64,000 nucleotides of DNA from Bradymonadia bacterium (GTDB lineage Bacteria; Myxococcota_A; Bradymonadia; UBA7976; UBA1532). A model generated the notes under the pieces. That model worked only from the letters and a program-made list of their open reading frames with translations, ran no database searches and was not told the DNA's origin. The DNA lies in contig JBKAGE010000034.1 in the NCBI GenBank assembly GCA_046290225.1, positions 512,001 to 576,000 of the forward strand, given 5' to 3'. This document shows positions 8,296 through 18,292 of this stretch, piece by piece; positions within the stretch are counted from its first letter, which is position 1, and every line of letters begins with the position of its first letter. The position numbers and the translations under genes were made by a program.

Positions 8296-10423
8296 GTAAC
8301 TCCACGGCGCCTCCTCGGACGATCCTCGGCAGAGGCTGGACCACTTCGTCGGGCCAGCTGATCACGCTCCGCCAGCCCAAGCCGTGCAACGTGATGGTCT
8401 GCACATGCTCGGGGAGCGCATAGGGAGTCGCAGCGGGCAGCCAACCTCTCGGCTCGCCGTCCACATTCAACACTCCACCACGGGGGCTCCACAGATATGC
8501 ACCATGATCCGTGGAGATCACCTGGAGCATATCGATGCCCTTCTGGCGGATGCAGCGATCTGTTTCGGCAGTATACGGGTAGTCACGGCCCTCGAGGATG
8601 GGGCCCCACATCACCGCGCCCCCGCAGGAGAGCGCGTCGAGATGATCGACGAGGTCGATCCCTGGATGACCTCGATCCCCAGGCAGATCGGGGAGCCGCT
8701 CGAAGAGAGCCTGGAAGACCCGGTCGCCGCCGATCTCCACCCGATCGTCATCAGGATCTACGGCACTTTGCCCATCGTGGAGATCCCACAAAATGGCGGC
8801 CACCAGCCACTCTGAGACCGCCCCGTCCAGAGCGCCACCTGCGGTGCCAAAGGCGAAGTCGTCGTCGATGATCTCCACATCGACCATGGAGACACCATTG
8901 GCCTTCATGTCGAGCAGTTGAGGTGCGCCCTTGATCCAGGCGCCGTGGAAGTGAGCCACCCCCTCGGACCACGCCAGCGTGGGATCGGTGGGCGTGCCGT
9001 CATGGGCGCCACCTGGGCTGTCGTCTATGCCATAAACCTCGGCCACATGGTGGCCGACCTCGTGGGCGATGATGTCGTCATCCCACTCGTCGGGATCACG
9101 TGGCGTCCCGCCGAGCTCGATGACAGGCTGTGGGCCCGGCACAAAACAGGTGCCACACCCGGCAGCCTCACCAGGCCGCCATCTGATGATCATGGCGACA
9201 TCAGCGGCGGATGCTCTGAGCGCCGTTGTCCGCTCGAGGGCCTGTGTCGACGTTGCCAGCACATGAAACGCAGGTGTCAGAGGGGACTCGACGTCGAGGG
9301 TGATCTCACCGAGATCAATCTGCTGTACGTCTACGCCGGGCGCTGGCGTGCTCGGCGTCGAGAGTGGCACGGCCCACGGTGCTTCGAGACCTTCAGCCAC
9401 CACTCGAACCGGTACACCAGAGGCCTCGGCACGGGCCACAATCCTGGCCACTGGGCGCTGAGTGGGCACGCCCGACCAACTCAGCTCAAAGTGGCCCTCA
9501 GCCTCAGTCCGCCCTTCAGCGAGGACCTCACCTGTCTCGTCGTCCACTGCGTCGACCGCTACACCTTCTACAGCCCAAGGCTCAGGATCATCGAGGCCCT
9601 CGAGGGTGACGTCCCTGTCGATGAGAGAGACCTGGCCGGTGATGCGCCACTCGATCTCCGCCACTGGCCTGGGCTCGCTGCCCACCGCCAGCTCATATTC
9701 GAGGACCTCGCCGCCCGGGGCGCTGAGTTCGAGGGTGGCCTGCTCGCCCGCAGCTGTCTCTGCCACGAGCGTCGCTGAGTCTCCTGCAGCCAGTGTACGG
9801 GCCTCAGGGACAGCCTCTCCATCTGCACTCAAGGTGATGCGCATGGGATCACCCCGAACGTGACTGACAGCGACGGTGATCACATCTGTGTCGAGCCCCG
9901 CGACGGTGAAGACGTCGCGCTCTTCGCCGCACATCGACAAGCGACCTCGATACCCCGGGGCCAACACGATGGGGGTATTGCCCCCCCACTCGTCGGGCAG
10001 ACAACGATCTTCGGCGAGGGTGCGCACGACGGTGAGGCTGTACCTCAGACCTTCTGCCGCCACATCACCGGTGATCTCGAGCGGCTGAGATGCACCGTCC
10101 TGGTCAAAGACCACCGAGAGTGGCTCACCGGCACCAGCCTCTGCGTCTCCGCTGCGGATCGTGCCGCCTGCTGCGTTCAGCGTGATGGTGAGCTGATCAT
10201 CTCGATCGCCCTCCAAGAGGAACACGTCAACGGGGGCTTCGGGGCAGAGCCGGAGGGCCTCGGTGAGACCGTCCGGCAGGATGGGTGGGCGCTCTACATT
10301 GACGAAGCGATCGTCGCTGCATCGAGAAGAGGCATCTGGTGTGCTGGCGTCGACCACAACTTCGTCAACGGCGCCGCCGTCATCGCAGGCCTGGCCGGCC
10401 AGCGCGATGGCGACCAGGGCCAT
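8240..10423 (-). CDS. Putative lipoprotein zinc metallopeptidase (HExxH) with N-terminal beta-sandwich/PPC-like modules
   Basis: Lipobox-like 'LAGQAC', 'DDDIIAHEVGHH' and downstream 'AWSEG'. Start placed at the TGATG overlap with the dksA stop. Confidence 0.7.
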   Translation of the reverse strand: MALVAIALAGQACDDGGAVDEVVVDASTPDASSRCSDDRFVNVERPPILPDGLTEALRLCPEAPVDVFLLEGDRDDQLTITLNAAGGTIRSGDAEAGAGEPLSVVFDQDGASQPLEITGDVAAEGLRYSLTVVRTLAEDRCLPDEWGGNTPIVLAPGYRGRLSMCGEERDVFTVAGLDTDVITVAVSHVRGDPMRITLSADGEAVPEARTLAAGDSATLVAETAAGEQATLELSAPGGEVLEYELAVGSEPRPVAEIEWRITGQVSLIDRDVTLEGLDDPEPWAVEGVAVDAVDDETGEVLAEGRTEAEGHFELSWSGVPTQRPVARIVARAEASGVPVRVVAEGLEAPWAVPLSTPSTPAPGVDVQQIDLGEITLDVESPLTPAFHVLATSTQALERTTALRASAADVAMIIRWRPGEAAGCGTCFVPGPQPVIELGGTPRDPDEWDDDIIAHEVGHHVAEVYGIDDSPGGAHDGTPTDPTLAWSEGVAHFHGAWIKGAPQLLDMKANGVSMVDVEIIDDDFAFGTAGGALDGAVSEWLVAAILWDLHDGQSAVDPDDDRVEIGGDRVFQALFERLPDLPGDRGHPGIDLVDHLDALSCGGAVMWGPILEGRDYPYTAETDRCIRQKGIDMLQVISTDHGAYLWSPRGGVLNVDGEPRGWLPAATPYALPEHVQTITLHGLGWRSVISWPDEVVQPLPRIVRGGAVELLSSQRCTGRDPRASRACP

Positions 10424-10839
10424 CAAGCGTAGCGGCGCTCCTTGAGCTCTTGGGTCTCTTTGCATCGGATGCACAGGGTGGTCACCGGCCGCGCCCTCAG
10501 GCGGTTGAGGGGGATGTCATCCCCGCAGTCCCCGCATTCAAAGTACTCACCGGCCTCGAGGCGCTCAAGGGCGTCTCTGATCTTGTTGATCAAAGCCCGC
10601 TCTCGGCCCCTCATCCGCATCTCGAGGTGTTGCTGGTTGTCCGCCACGGCGGAGTCGATCTCGTCGACGAGCTCGGATTCGTCCACGGTCATGGTCTCAC
10701 TGAGCGTGCGCTGGGCCCGGGCGAGCAACTTCTGACGCTCTTGATAGAGCACATGACGGATGCGCTCTGCCTCGTTGGCCTGCTCCTCCAGGGGCAGCTC
10801 GTAAAAGTAGACATGCCTTCGGTGTGGGTTATCAGCCAT
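10423..10839 (-). CDS. dksA: DksA/TraR C4 zinc-finger RNA polymerase-binding protein
   Basis: Coiled-coil tip 'DEIDSA' (DxxDxA) and 'CGDCGDDIPLNRLRARPVTTLCIRC'. Confidence 0.85.
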   Translation of the reverse strand: MADNPHRRHVYFYELPLEEQANEAERIRHVLYQERQKLLARAQRTLSETMTVDESELVDEIDSAVADNQQHLEMRMRGRERALINKIRDALERLEAGEYFECGDCGDDIPLNRLRARPVTTLCIRCKETQELKERRYA

Positions 10840-10868
10840 CGTCCCCTCCGCTCTGGTACACTCGCCCC

Positions 10869-11447
10869 GTGATTACGCAGGCTTTTGTGTTGTACGCACT
10901 GATGGTGGCGGTGGCGGCGCTGCTGAACAGCACGCTCGACGGCGAGCTCAGCAGCCTCTGGGCCCCGCTGCCCCACACCTCGAGCGCGGAGCTCTCGGTG
11001 ACCTTGGGCGTGTCCACGGGGCTGGTGGTGGTGTTCCTGGGGCGCATCACGGAGCGCTACTCCGCTCGCACCCGGTCGATCACCCAAGCCTTTGCCGACA
11101 TGCTCAAGGGGACCACAGCCCAGGCCGTGTTCCCCATCGCCTTGATGAGCAGCCTCGCTGAGGAGCTGTTCTTTCGCGGCTTTCTTCAACCCCGCTTCGG
11201 GCTCGTGATCACCGCCGTGATATTCGGGGTGGTACACGTGGCCTTCGATCGTCGCCTGATGCCGTGGTGGCAGTTGGCGGCCATCGTGATGGGGCTCATG
11301 TTCGGCTGGCTTATGGAGCTGACCGGCACCATTCTGGCGCCGTTCCTCGCCCACTTCACCATCAACTTCTTCAACTTGCACCACATCCTCGGCCCCACGA
11401 CCTCATCTGCTCAGATGGGTCATACCGCCAAAGAGTGGAAGCGTTAG
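10869..11447 (+). CDS. CPBP (Abi/CAAX type II) intramembrane glutamic protease
   Basis: 'EELFFRGFLQ', 'IFGVVH', 'AHFTIN' motifs and several TM segments. Start codon uncertain. Confidence 0.85.
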   Translation: MITQAFVLYALMVAVAALLNSTLDGELSSLWAPLPHTSSAELSVTLGVSTGLVVVFLGRITERYSARTRSITQAFADMLKGTTAQAVFPIALMSSLAEELFFRGFLQPRFGLVITAVIFGVVHVAFDRRLMPWWQLAAIVMGLMFGWLMELTGTILAPFLAHFTINFFNLHHILGPTTSSAQMGHTAKEWKR

Positions 11448-11474
11448 AAGGTTCGTCTCAGAAGAAGCAGGTGA

Positions 11475-12170
11475 TTAGGGGGCAGGGTCCCCGGCGACCC
11501 GGTCGAACCAGTAGCGGACGATGGGCATCTCCGCGGCGACGCACCTTCGCTCTCGATGCGTGAAGGGCAGATCAGCCTCGCCAAAGGGGGTGGGCCCCTC
11601 GAGACAACTCACTTGCTCGAAGGCCTCTCTGATCTCGTCGGCGATCATGGGCACGTCGGACTTCACCCAGATGCGACCGCCCGGGGCCAGCAACCCTGCG
11701 AGGGTGTGCGCATAGTCGAGGTTCACCAGGCGCCGCTTGGCGTGACGCTTCTTCCACCATGGGTCAGGGAAGTTGATGAACACCGCCTGCAGACTGCCGG
11801 GAGCGAAGATCGCCGGCACCACGAGGTGGGCGTCGCCCCAGACGATCTTCAGGTTGTCCATGCCCCCAGCATCGGCCACCTGCTGCGCGACGTAGTAGGG
11901 GTAGCGACGTCGCAGCTCTACGCCCACATGGTTGTGATCGGGCCACTGCTCCGCGAGGGCTCTCAAGAACACACCGCGGTTGAAGCCGATCTCGAGGGTG
12001 AGTGGGGCCTCGCGGTTGAAAACCTCGGGCCACAGCACCGGCAGCGACTCGGGATCAGGGGCTGTCTGATGCCCGCCTCGGGCGTTGGTGCCAAAGAGCA
12101 GTGTGTTGAGCATGACCTCGCCAGCGGCCCCTTCGGGGACGTTGACGTTGGGAGACTTCATGCGGGTCAT
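11475..12170 (-). CDS. trmB: tRNA (guanine-N7)-methyltransferase
   Basis: 'LEIGF..G', 'GVE', 'INFPDPWWKKRHAKRRLV', 'KSD' and 'T..E' motifs. Confidence 0.9.
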   Translation of the reverse strand: MTRMKSPNVNVPEGAAGEVMLNTLLFGTNARGGHQTAPDPESLPVLWPEVFNREAPLTLEIGFNRGVFLRALAEQWPDHNHVGVELRRRYPYYVAQQVADAGGMDNLKIVWGDAHLVVPAIFAPGSLQAVFINFPDPWWKKRHAKRRLVNLDYAHTLAGLLAPGGRIWVKSDVPMIADEIREAFEQVSCLEGPTPFGEADLPFTHRERRCVAAEMPIVRYWFDRVAGDPAP

Positions 12171-12179
12171 GAGGCGTCC

Positions 12180-12497
12180 TCAGGGGGTTGATGCGCTGGG
12201 GTTTGGGGCGCCGGGATTCGGGGCGCTGGGATTCGGGGCGCTGGGACTCGGGGCGCTGGGGGCAGGCGCGGAAGTCGCGCCCTCGATCTTCGCGGATGCC
12301 GGTGGGGCGGAAGGAGGCAACTCTGTAGACGGATCAACGGTCAGGTTCTGGATGAAGTCGGCGGTGGACTCCCCCATGTTGGCCTTGAAGGCGATGACCA
12401 GAACCAGGGCGATGCTCAGCAACACCAGGTTGAACCAGCTGGGCTTCCGGTGGCGGGCGATGTCGCTGGCCCTCACTCGACGTCGACGTTGGTTCAT
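12180..12497 (-). CDS. Small single-TM membrane protein with Pro-rich pentapeptide repeat tail
   Basis: SD 'AAGGAGAG' before the ATG at 12497, basic N-terminus, TM segment, then APSPS/APNPS repeats from a 15-bp unit at about 12190-12262. Confidence 0.65.
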   Translation of the reverse strand: MNQRRRRVRASDIARHRKPSWFNLVLLSIALVLVIAFKANMGESTADFIQNLTVDPSTELPPSAPPASAKIEGATSAPAPSAPSPSAPNPSAPNPGAPNPSASTP

Positions 12498-12604
12498 GTG
12501 CGCTCTCCTTGACCGTCGTACAGCCGTATATCTCCGACCTCGCTCCAATGGCGGGGCACACCAGCGTACAGCGCTCGGTGTACAGAGGCGACTGCGGAGC
12601 GCCT

Positions 12605-14341
12605 CTACCCTGCGGCGGGTCGAATATCTTTCACCGTGAGGGTGAGCCGTTTTCGACCGCGCCACACATTGAAGCCGGCGGCGAATAATAGATCGACGGG
12701 CGCCTGGATCAATGGCAGAACCTGCTCCGCCATCCTCCAGGCCATGGCATCACACAGCCCGTCGGCGGTATAGACCTGCATCTTCAGGTGATTGTTCCGC
12801 AATACGGTGTAATCCTGAATCTGCACGCCACGGGCTGCGAGCACCGGGGTGGGGTTCGACTGCCCATAGGGTTCGAGCATCTCCAACGCCTTGATGTCGG
12901 CGGTCTTGAGATCGTGCAGGTCGATGACCGCGTCGACCTCTACCCCAGTCTGCTGGGGTTGTCCTTGAAGGCCGGCGGCCACCTCCCGATTGAACGCCTC
13001 GACGAAGGCAGGGAGCGCGCTCACCTTCAGCGCCAGCCCTGCAGCGGCGGCATGCCCACCGTGGCGCAAGAGATGCTCTGAACAGCGATCCAGGGCCCCC
13101 TTGATGTCGAGGCCCGGCACGCTGCGGGCGCTGCCCTTCAGGGTGTCGCCGTCATGGCCCAGCAAGATCGCCGGGCGACGGAAACGCTCGACCAGCCGAG
13201 AGGCCACGATGCCGATGACGCCGGGGTGCCACATGGGATCACTGAGCACCACCGCAGGAGCATCGGAGAGCTGAGGATCACCTTCCACCCTCGCCACGGC
13301 CTGATCAGCGATGCCCTTCTCGATCAGCTGGCGCTCTTCGTTGTGCTTCTCGACGATGGCGGCGAGGCGGTTGGCCTCCTGCAAACTGTCGCCCGTGAGC
13401 AGCTTGAACCCCCAGCTGGCGTCGTCGATGCGTCCGGCGGCGTTGATCCGCGGCCCGAGCCTGAAGGCCACGTCAGTGGAGTTCACGGCATCGGCGGTGA
13501 GCTTGGCGCGAGAGATGAGGGCCTGCACCCCGGTGCGGGTGCGCTTGCGCAGGATATCGAGACCATAACGCACCAGAGGCCGGTTCACCCCTGTGAGGGG
13601 CACCACGTCGGCCACAGTGCCCAGAGCGACCATGTCGAGCAGGAGGTCGGGGCGAGGCTCCGGGCGCCCGGTGAAGAAGCCCGCAGTGCGCATCTGGCGG
13701 CGCAGCTCGATGATGAGCATGAAGGTGACCCCCACGGCGGCCAGCTGCTTGCCGTCGAAGTCACACCCAGGGCGATGAGGGTTCAGGTGAGCGAACGCCT
13801 CGGGCTCCGGATCAGAGACCTGATGGTGATCGATGATGATCACGTCGATGCCCAGCCTGCGGGCGTGGGCCACCTCGTCTACGGCAGAAGATCCGTTATC
13901 GACGGTGATGAGCACACGGGTGCCCCGGGCGGCGAGCCGATCGATGGCTCCGATGTTGAGACCGTATCCTTCGGTGAGCCGATGCGGGATGTACACATCG
14001 AGCTCGCGGTCGAGGGCTTCTTTGAAGAACAACCACAGCAAACTGCTGCTGGTCACCCCATCGACGTCGTAGTCACCATAGACGGTGATTTGCTCACCCT
14101 GGTGCAGCGCCTTGATGATGCGGTGGCAGGCCCGCTCGATGTCGTCGAGGCCTCGAGGATCGGGGATATGGCGCAGATCGGCGTCGATGAAGTCCCGCAC
14201 GATGTCAGGGTCGTCCACCCCACGCCGCAGCATGATGGAAGCCACGAGAGGTGGCACACGGGCAGCCCGAGCGAGCTGATCGACGGCGTGTTGATCAACC
14301 TCGGGGAAGTTCCAGGATCTGCTGCCAGGGACGTAGGCCAT
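12605..14341 (-). CDS. recJ: Single-stranded-DNA-specific exonuclease RecJ
   Basis: 'YGDYDVDG', 'ITVDNG', 'DHH', 'LGTVADVVPL', 'PRINAAGR', 'GSARS', 'GGHAAAAG'. Confidence 0.96.
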   Translation of the reverse strand: MAYVPGSRSWNFPEVDQHAVDQLARAARVPPLVASIMLRRGVDDPDIVRDFIDADLRHIPDPRGLDDIERACHRIIKALHQGEQITVYGDYDVDGVTSSSLLWLFFKEALDRELDVYIPHRLTEGYGLNIGAIDRLAARGTRVLITVDNGSSAVDEVAHARRLGIDVIIIDHHQVSDPEPEAFAHLNPHRPGCDFDGKQLAAVGVTFMLIIELRRQMRTAGFFTGRPEPRPDLLLDMVALGTVADVVPLTGVNRPLVRYGLDILRKRTRTGVQALISRAKLTADAVNSTDVAFRLGPRINAAGRIDDASWGFKLLTGDSLQEANRLAAIVEKHNEERQLIEKGIADQAVARVEGDPQLSDAPAVVLSDPMWHPGVIGIVASRLVERFRRPAILLGHDGDTLKGSARSVPGLDIKGALDRCSEHLLRHGGHAAAAGLALKVSALPAFVEAFNREVAAGLQGQPQQTGVEVDAVIDLHDLKTADIKALEMLEPYGQSNPTPVLAARGVQIQDYTVLRNNHLKMQVYTADGLCDAMAWRMAEQVLPLIQAPVDLLFAAGFNVWRGRKRLTLTVKDIRPAAG

Positions 14342-14658
14342 GTGGGGGTCCGTTCAGGTACTCAGAGTTCAACTGGCCAGGGGTCGCCGCATGCCCCTGA
14401 AACCCATTGTGTTGTGGTGCTCTGCGGCCACTCTTCGTGATCACATACACCTGCAGGTCTCGAATGATGCCCTCAAAGTGAATCAGTGAAGGGCTGATCA
14501 CACATTGATGGTGAGGATGATATGCCGAGGCCTGGGCCGCGTCTTTAATTCGGGTAACACCTGTTCAGGAACAACCGCAAGACATTTGTCCAGTGGTGTC
14601 TAAAAACCGCTTTGACATCGAAGAGATGCATGTGCGGTTCAGCAGGGTGTCTTTGAGG

Positions 14659-14684
14659 GAGGGCGCCCATGAAATGGGGCCCTC
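14659..14684 (-). terminator. GC-rich hairpin just downstream of secF (possible terminator)
   Basis: GAGGGC(G)CCCAT-GAA-ATGGGGCCCTC inverted repeat 22 nt after the secF stop. There is no clear U tract. Confidence 0.35.
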
Positions 14685-14706
14685 GAAGAGGGCCGTCAGG
14701 GCAGGC

Positions 14707-15864
14707 TCAGGAGCTGGCCTCTGCAGTGGCAGGGGCGGGGACGTCGTTCTTGGCGAGGTAGGCATCCATGGCCAGCACAGCGGGGCTGGCGATGTAGATG
14801 CTGGAGTAGGTCCCCACCACCACACCGATGAGCATGGCGAAGGCGAAGTTCTGAATGATGCCACCGCCGAAGATGTAGATGGAGAGCACGGCGAGGAAGG
14901 TGGTCACCGAGGTCAGCACCGTACGGGACAGGCAGTCGTTGATGGAGATGTTCACGTTCTCCCGCAGACCCTTGCCGAGGCCCAACTCGATGGACTCACG
15001 GATGCGGTCGTACACCACGATGGTGTCGTTGAGGGAGTAACCGACGATGGCCAGCAGGGCGGCGATGATGGGGAGGCTGAACTCCATGCCGGTGATGCTG
15101 AAGATGCCGATGGTGATGCTCACGTCGTGGAACAGGGCGAGCACGGCGCCGGGGCTGTACCGCAGGTCGAAGCGGAAGCTGACGTAGAGCAGGATGCCGA
15201 TGAGGGCATACAGCACGGCGAGGATACCCTGGTTCCGCAGCTGCTTGCCCACAGCGGAGCCCACGGACTCGAGGCGCTGAATCTCTTTGAAGTTGTCGCC
15301 GAACTTGGCCTTGAGGGCCGTGGCGAGGCGGGCGCCGACGCCGGGCAGGCGGAGCACGTAGACGGGCTTGGCGCCCTGGCTCTGCACCACAGCCTCCCCA
15401 GTGGGGAAGCCAGCGTCGCCGAGGGCAGCCTTGAGATCAGCGAGGGACTTCTCTTCACCGAAGCGTACCCGGATCTCCTCACCGGTCTCGTCGGTGGCGT
15501 CGAAGAGCTCTGCGGCGCCGAGCTTGGCCTCCACAGCGGCCTTCACCTTGTCGATCTCAGCCTGCTTGAGCAGGCCCTGGGTGCGGCTGCGGACGAAGTA
15601 ACGACCTTCGTCGCCGATGCCGTAGGTCACCACCTCGGGGCTGTCGAGGCCAATGGACTCGGCCACCTCTTTGACAGCGCCGGTGTCCTGGCTGTTGTTG
15701 AAGGCTGCGAGGGCCTCGGTACCGCCGGCAAAGTCGATGCCGAAGTTGATGCCCTTGGTGAAGACCAGGACCCAGGAGGCCAGCACGATGATCACGCTCA
15801 TGGTGACCAGCGGGCGGGCCTTGCCGAGGAAGTCATAGCGAGTGCCGGGCTTGAAAAATTCCAC
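14707..15864 (-). CDS. secF: Protein translocase subunit SecF
   Basis: 'GIDFAGG', 'VGSAVG', 'FHDV', 'GYSLNDTIVVYDRIRE', 'SRTVLTS', 'GTYSSIYIA'. Confidence 0.96.
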   Translation of the reverse strand: MEFFKPGTRYDFLGKARPLVTMSVIIVLASWVLVFTKGINFGIDFAGGTEALAAFNNSQDTGAVKEVAESIGLDSPEVVTYGIGDEGRYFVRSRTQGLLKQAEIDKVKAAVEAKLGAAELFDATDETGEEIRVRFGEEKSLADLKAALGDAGFPTGEAVVQSQGAKPVYVLRLPGVGARLATALKAKFGDNFKEIQRLESVGSAVGKQLRNQGILAVLYALIGILLYVSFRFDLRYSPGAVLALFHDVSITIGIFSITGMEFSLPIIAALLAIVGYSLNDTIVVYDRIRESIELGLGKGLRENVNISINDCLSRTVLTSVTTFLAVLSIYIFGGGIIQNFAFAMLIGVVVGTYSSIYIASPAVLAMDAYLAKNDVPAPATAEASS

Positions 15865-15880
15865 AGTACGACTCCCTAGC

Positions 15881-17755
15881 TCAAATGCTCATCTTGGCCG
15901 GGGCGGCGCCACGACCATAGACGTAATCGAAGATCAACCGCGTGACCACCAGGGCGGTGAACACGGAGCAGATGATGCCGATGGCCAGGGTGACGGCGAA
16001 GCCCCGGATGGGACCCGAGCCGAACTGGTACAGCACCACGGCGGCGATGGCGGTGGTCACGTTGGCGTCGAAGATGGCGCTGAAGGCCTTCTGGAAGCCG
16101 GTGTCGATGGCCTGCCGCACGGGCTTGCCTTCACGGAGCTCTTCTCGAATACGCTCGAAGATGAGCACGTTGGCGTCCACGGCCATACCCACGGTGAGCA
16201 CGATGCCGGCGATGCCCGGCAAGGTGAGCGTGGCGCCGAAGCCAGTGAGGCACGCCATCACGAAGAGCAGGTTGAGGATCAAGGCCACGTCGGCCACGAG
16301 GCCAGCGCCCTTGTAGTAGATGAACATGAAGGCGATCACGAGCACGAGACCGATGATGACCGAGGTCTGACCGGCGGAGACGGAGTCGGCACCGAGGCTC
16401 GGCCCCACCTGGCTGTCGTAGAGCTTGCGCAGCGGCGCCTGCAGGGCACCGGACTTGAGCACTGCCACCAGGGAGCTCGCCTCCTTGATGGCCTGACGGC
16501 CCACGGAGCCCAGGGTGATCCGCATGTTGGGACCACAGATCTTCTCTTTGATGTTGGGGGCGGAGTACACGATCTCGTCGATCATGATGGCCATCTGCTC
16601 CCGGGTGAACTTGGTGGTCAGATCACAGACCGCGTCCACATCCTGGGGACCGAAGGTCAAGTACACCTCGGGCTTGTTGAACTGGTCGTAGCCCACCCGG
16701 CTGTCGATGACGTTCTCACCGCTCACGCCATCTTTACGGCGCAGGTACACGAGCTGGTAACCCTTGTAGGCGGTGGCCTTGGGGCTGAAGCTCTTCACCT
16801 TGGAGAGAGCGTCTTCCTGCTCCTTGGTGAGCTTGTCGAGGCGACGCAGGTTGCCGGTGGTGGGGTCGACGAAGAGCTCTTCGAAGCCAGCGATGTGCTC
16901 GTCATCGATCTGACCCTCGACGATGTAGTCGAGAATCTCGCGACTGGTGCTGCGGATCGTGCCGTCCACCTGCACCACCTTGTGCTCCTTGAGGCTCGGG
17001 TCGAGCTCCGCAGGCCAGTTGGCGGCGGTGGGGATGCGAGCGCCGAGCTTCTGCACCCAGGCGGAGGCCCCGGCGCGATCGACGATCTGGAACCGCAGCT
17101 GACCGGTCCGGGCGAGCTTCTCTTTGGCGGCAGCGAACTCGGACTCCTTGATACCGGGCAGCTGCACCACGAGCTCATTGTCCCCGCGGCGGCTGATGGT
17201 GCTCTCGGTGAGGCCAAACTCGTTGATACGACGATCAACGGTCTCCATGGCCCGCTCGAGGGAATCCTGCCGGAACTGGTCGATGGCCTCGTTGCGCATC
17301 ACCAGGGTGACGTTGGCCCCGTCGGCAGCCCCCACCTCGTAGTCGGGCAGGAACTTGCCGAGGAAGCTGCTGTCGAGCTTCTCGGCGTCGGCGGCGTTGG
17401 AGAAGACCACGGTGAGGGTGGTCACCTCTTCCAGGCTGCCCTCGGGGTTGCCCGCGGTGGCCTTGGCATCGGTCTTCAGCTCGTCCTTGATGTTGATCTC
17501 GAGCTGGCCGGCGAGCTGGCCGGACTTGCGGGCGAGGGCCTCTTCGATGTCGACCCGGTACTGCAGGTGGATACCCCCCTGCAGGTCGAGGCCGAGGATC
17601 AGCTTGCTGCTGAATACATCGGTGAACCACTCGGGGAGCTCAGCCTCTTGACCCTCTTCGGCGAAGGTGTTGGCGAGGGTGGGCACCAGGCTGAGGATCG
17701 AGACCATTACCAGGCCTACTATCCCGAGAAACTTCCATCTCCACTGGCTGTCCAT
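15881..17755 (-). CDS. secD: Protein translocase subunit SecD
   Basis: 'LGLDLQGG', 'RRINEFGLTE', 'VQLPG', 'VGPSLG', 'GMAVDANVLIFERIREE', 'GFAVTL'. Confidence 0.96.
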   Translation of the reverse strand: MDSQWRWKFLGIVGLVMVSILSLVPTLANTFAEEGQEAELPEWFTDVFSSKLILGLDLQGGIHLQYRVDIEEALARKSGQLAGQLEINIKDELKTDAKATAGNPEGSLEEVTTLTVVFSNAADAEKLDSSFLGKFLPDYEVGAADGANVTLVMRNEAIDQFRQDSLERAMETVDRRINEFGLTESTISRRGDNELVVQLPGIKESEFAAAKEKLARTGQLRFQIVDRAGASAWVQKLGARIPTAANWPAELDPSLKEHKVVQVDGTIRSTSREILDYIVEGQIDDEHIAGFEELFVDPTTGNLRRLDKLTKEQEDALSKVKSFSPKATAYKGYQLVYLRRKDGVSGENVIDSRVGYDQFNKPEVYLTFGPQDVDAVCDLTTKFTREQMAIMIDEIVYSAPNIKEKICGPNMRITLGSVGRQAIKEASSLVAVLKSGALQAPLRKLYDSQVGPSLGADSVSAGQTSVIIGLVLVIAFMFIYYKGAGLVADVALILNLLFVMACLTGFGATLTLPGIAGIVLTVGMAVDANVLIFERIREELREGKPVRQAIDTGFQKAFSAIFDANVTTAIAAVVLYQFGSGPIRGFAVTLAIGIICSVFTALVVTRLIFDYVYGRGAAPAKMSI

Positions 17756-17759
17756 CGGC

Positions 17760-18116
17760 TTACTTCTTGCCCTTCTGGTCTGAACCCTGATCATCTGCGC
17801 TGGCGGACTTCTGCAGGCCGGCGATCTGACTACGCAGCGCCTTGACCCGCACCCGATCGGCGATCTCGAGGGTGAGGATTTGATCTTCTGCGAGGACCAC
17901 CTTGGCCAGCAGGCCACCGTTGGTGATCACTTCGTCGCCTTTCTTGAGCTTGCTCAGGGTGTCCTGATGCTCGCGCTGGCGCTTCATCTGGGGCCGCATC
18001 ACCAGGAAGTAGAAAATGCCGATGATGATCAGCATGGGGGCGAGGCCCCCGATGAGGCCCGCTGGGCCTCCGGCGCCCTGGCTCTGGCCCACGGCCAGCA
18101 GGATGAGTTCACTCAT
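17760..18116 (-). CDS. yajC: Preprotein translocase subunit YajC
   Basis: 'FYFLVMRPQMKRQREH...LKKGDEVITNGG', directly upstream of secD. Confidence 0.95.
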   Translation of the reverse strand: MSELILLAVGQSQGAGGPAGLIGGLAPMLIIIGIFYFLVMRPQMKRQREHQDTLSKLKKGDEVITNGGLLAKVVLAEDQILTLEIADRVRVKALRSQIAGLQKSASADDQGSDQKGKK

Positions 18117-18292
18117 CGTCGCGTTCGTTCCTTCGAGGCCCCCTGGCCTCCCTGATGTTGCGGTGCCTCGTCGCCGGAGCAGAGCCCACGGAGCAGGGTC
18201 GACACAGGTCGGACTCCGGGCGAAAGGCCGAGCGGTACTACCAGATAGAGGGTGTCAGGGCAAGTGTGTGGTTGGGAACGCGGGCCGGGGCC

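Noticed and set aside
14342..14660. A/T-richer recJ-secF intergenic region with two TGATCACA words and a TTGACA
   Set aside because: No matching -10 box, riboswitch or RNA gene could be supported by eye.
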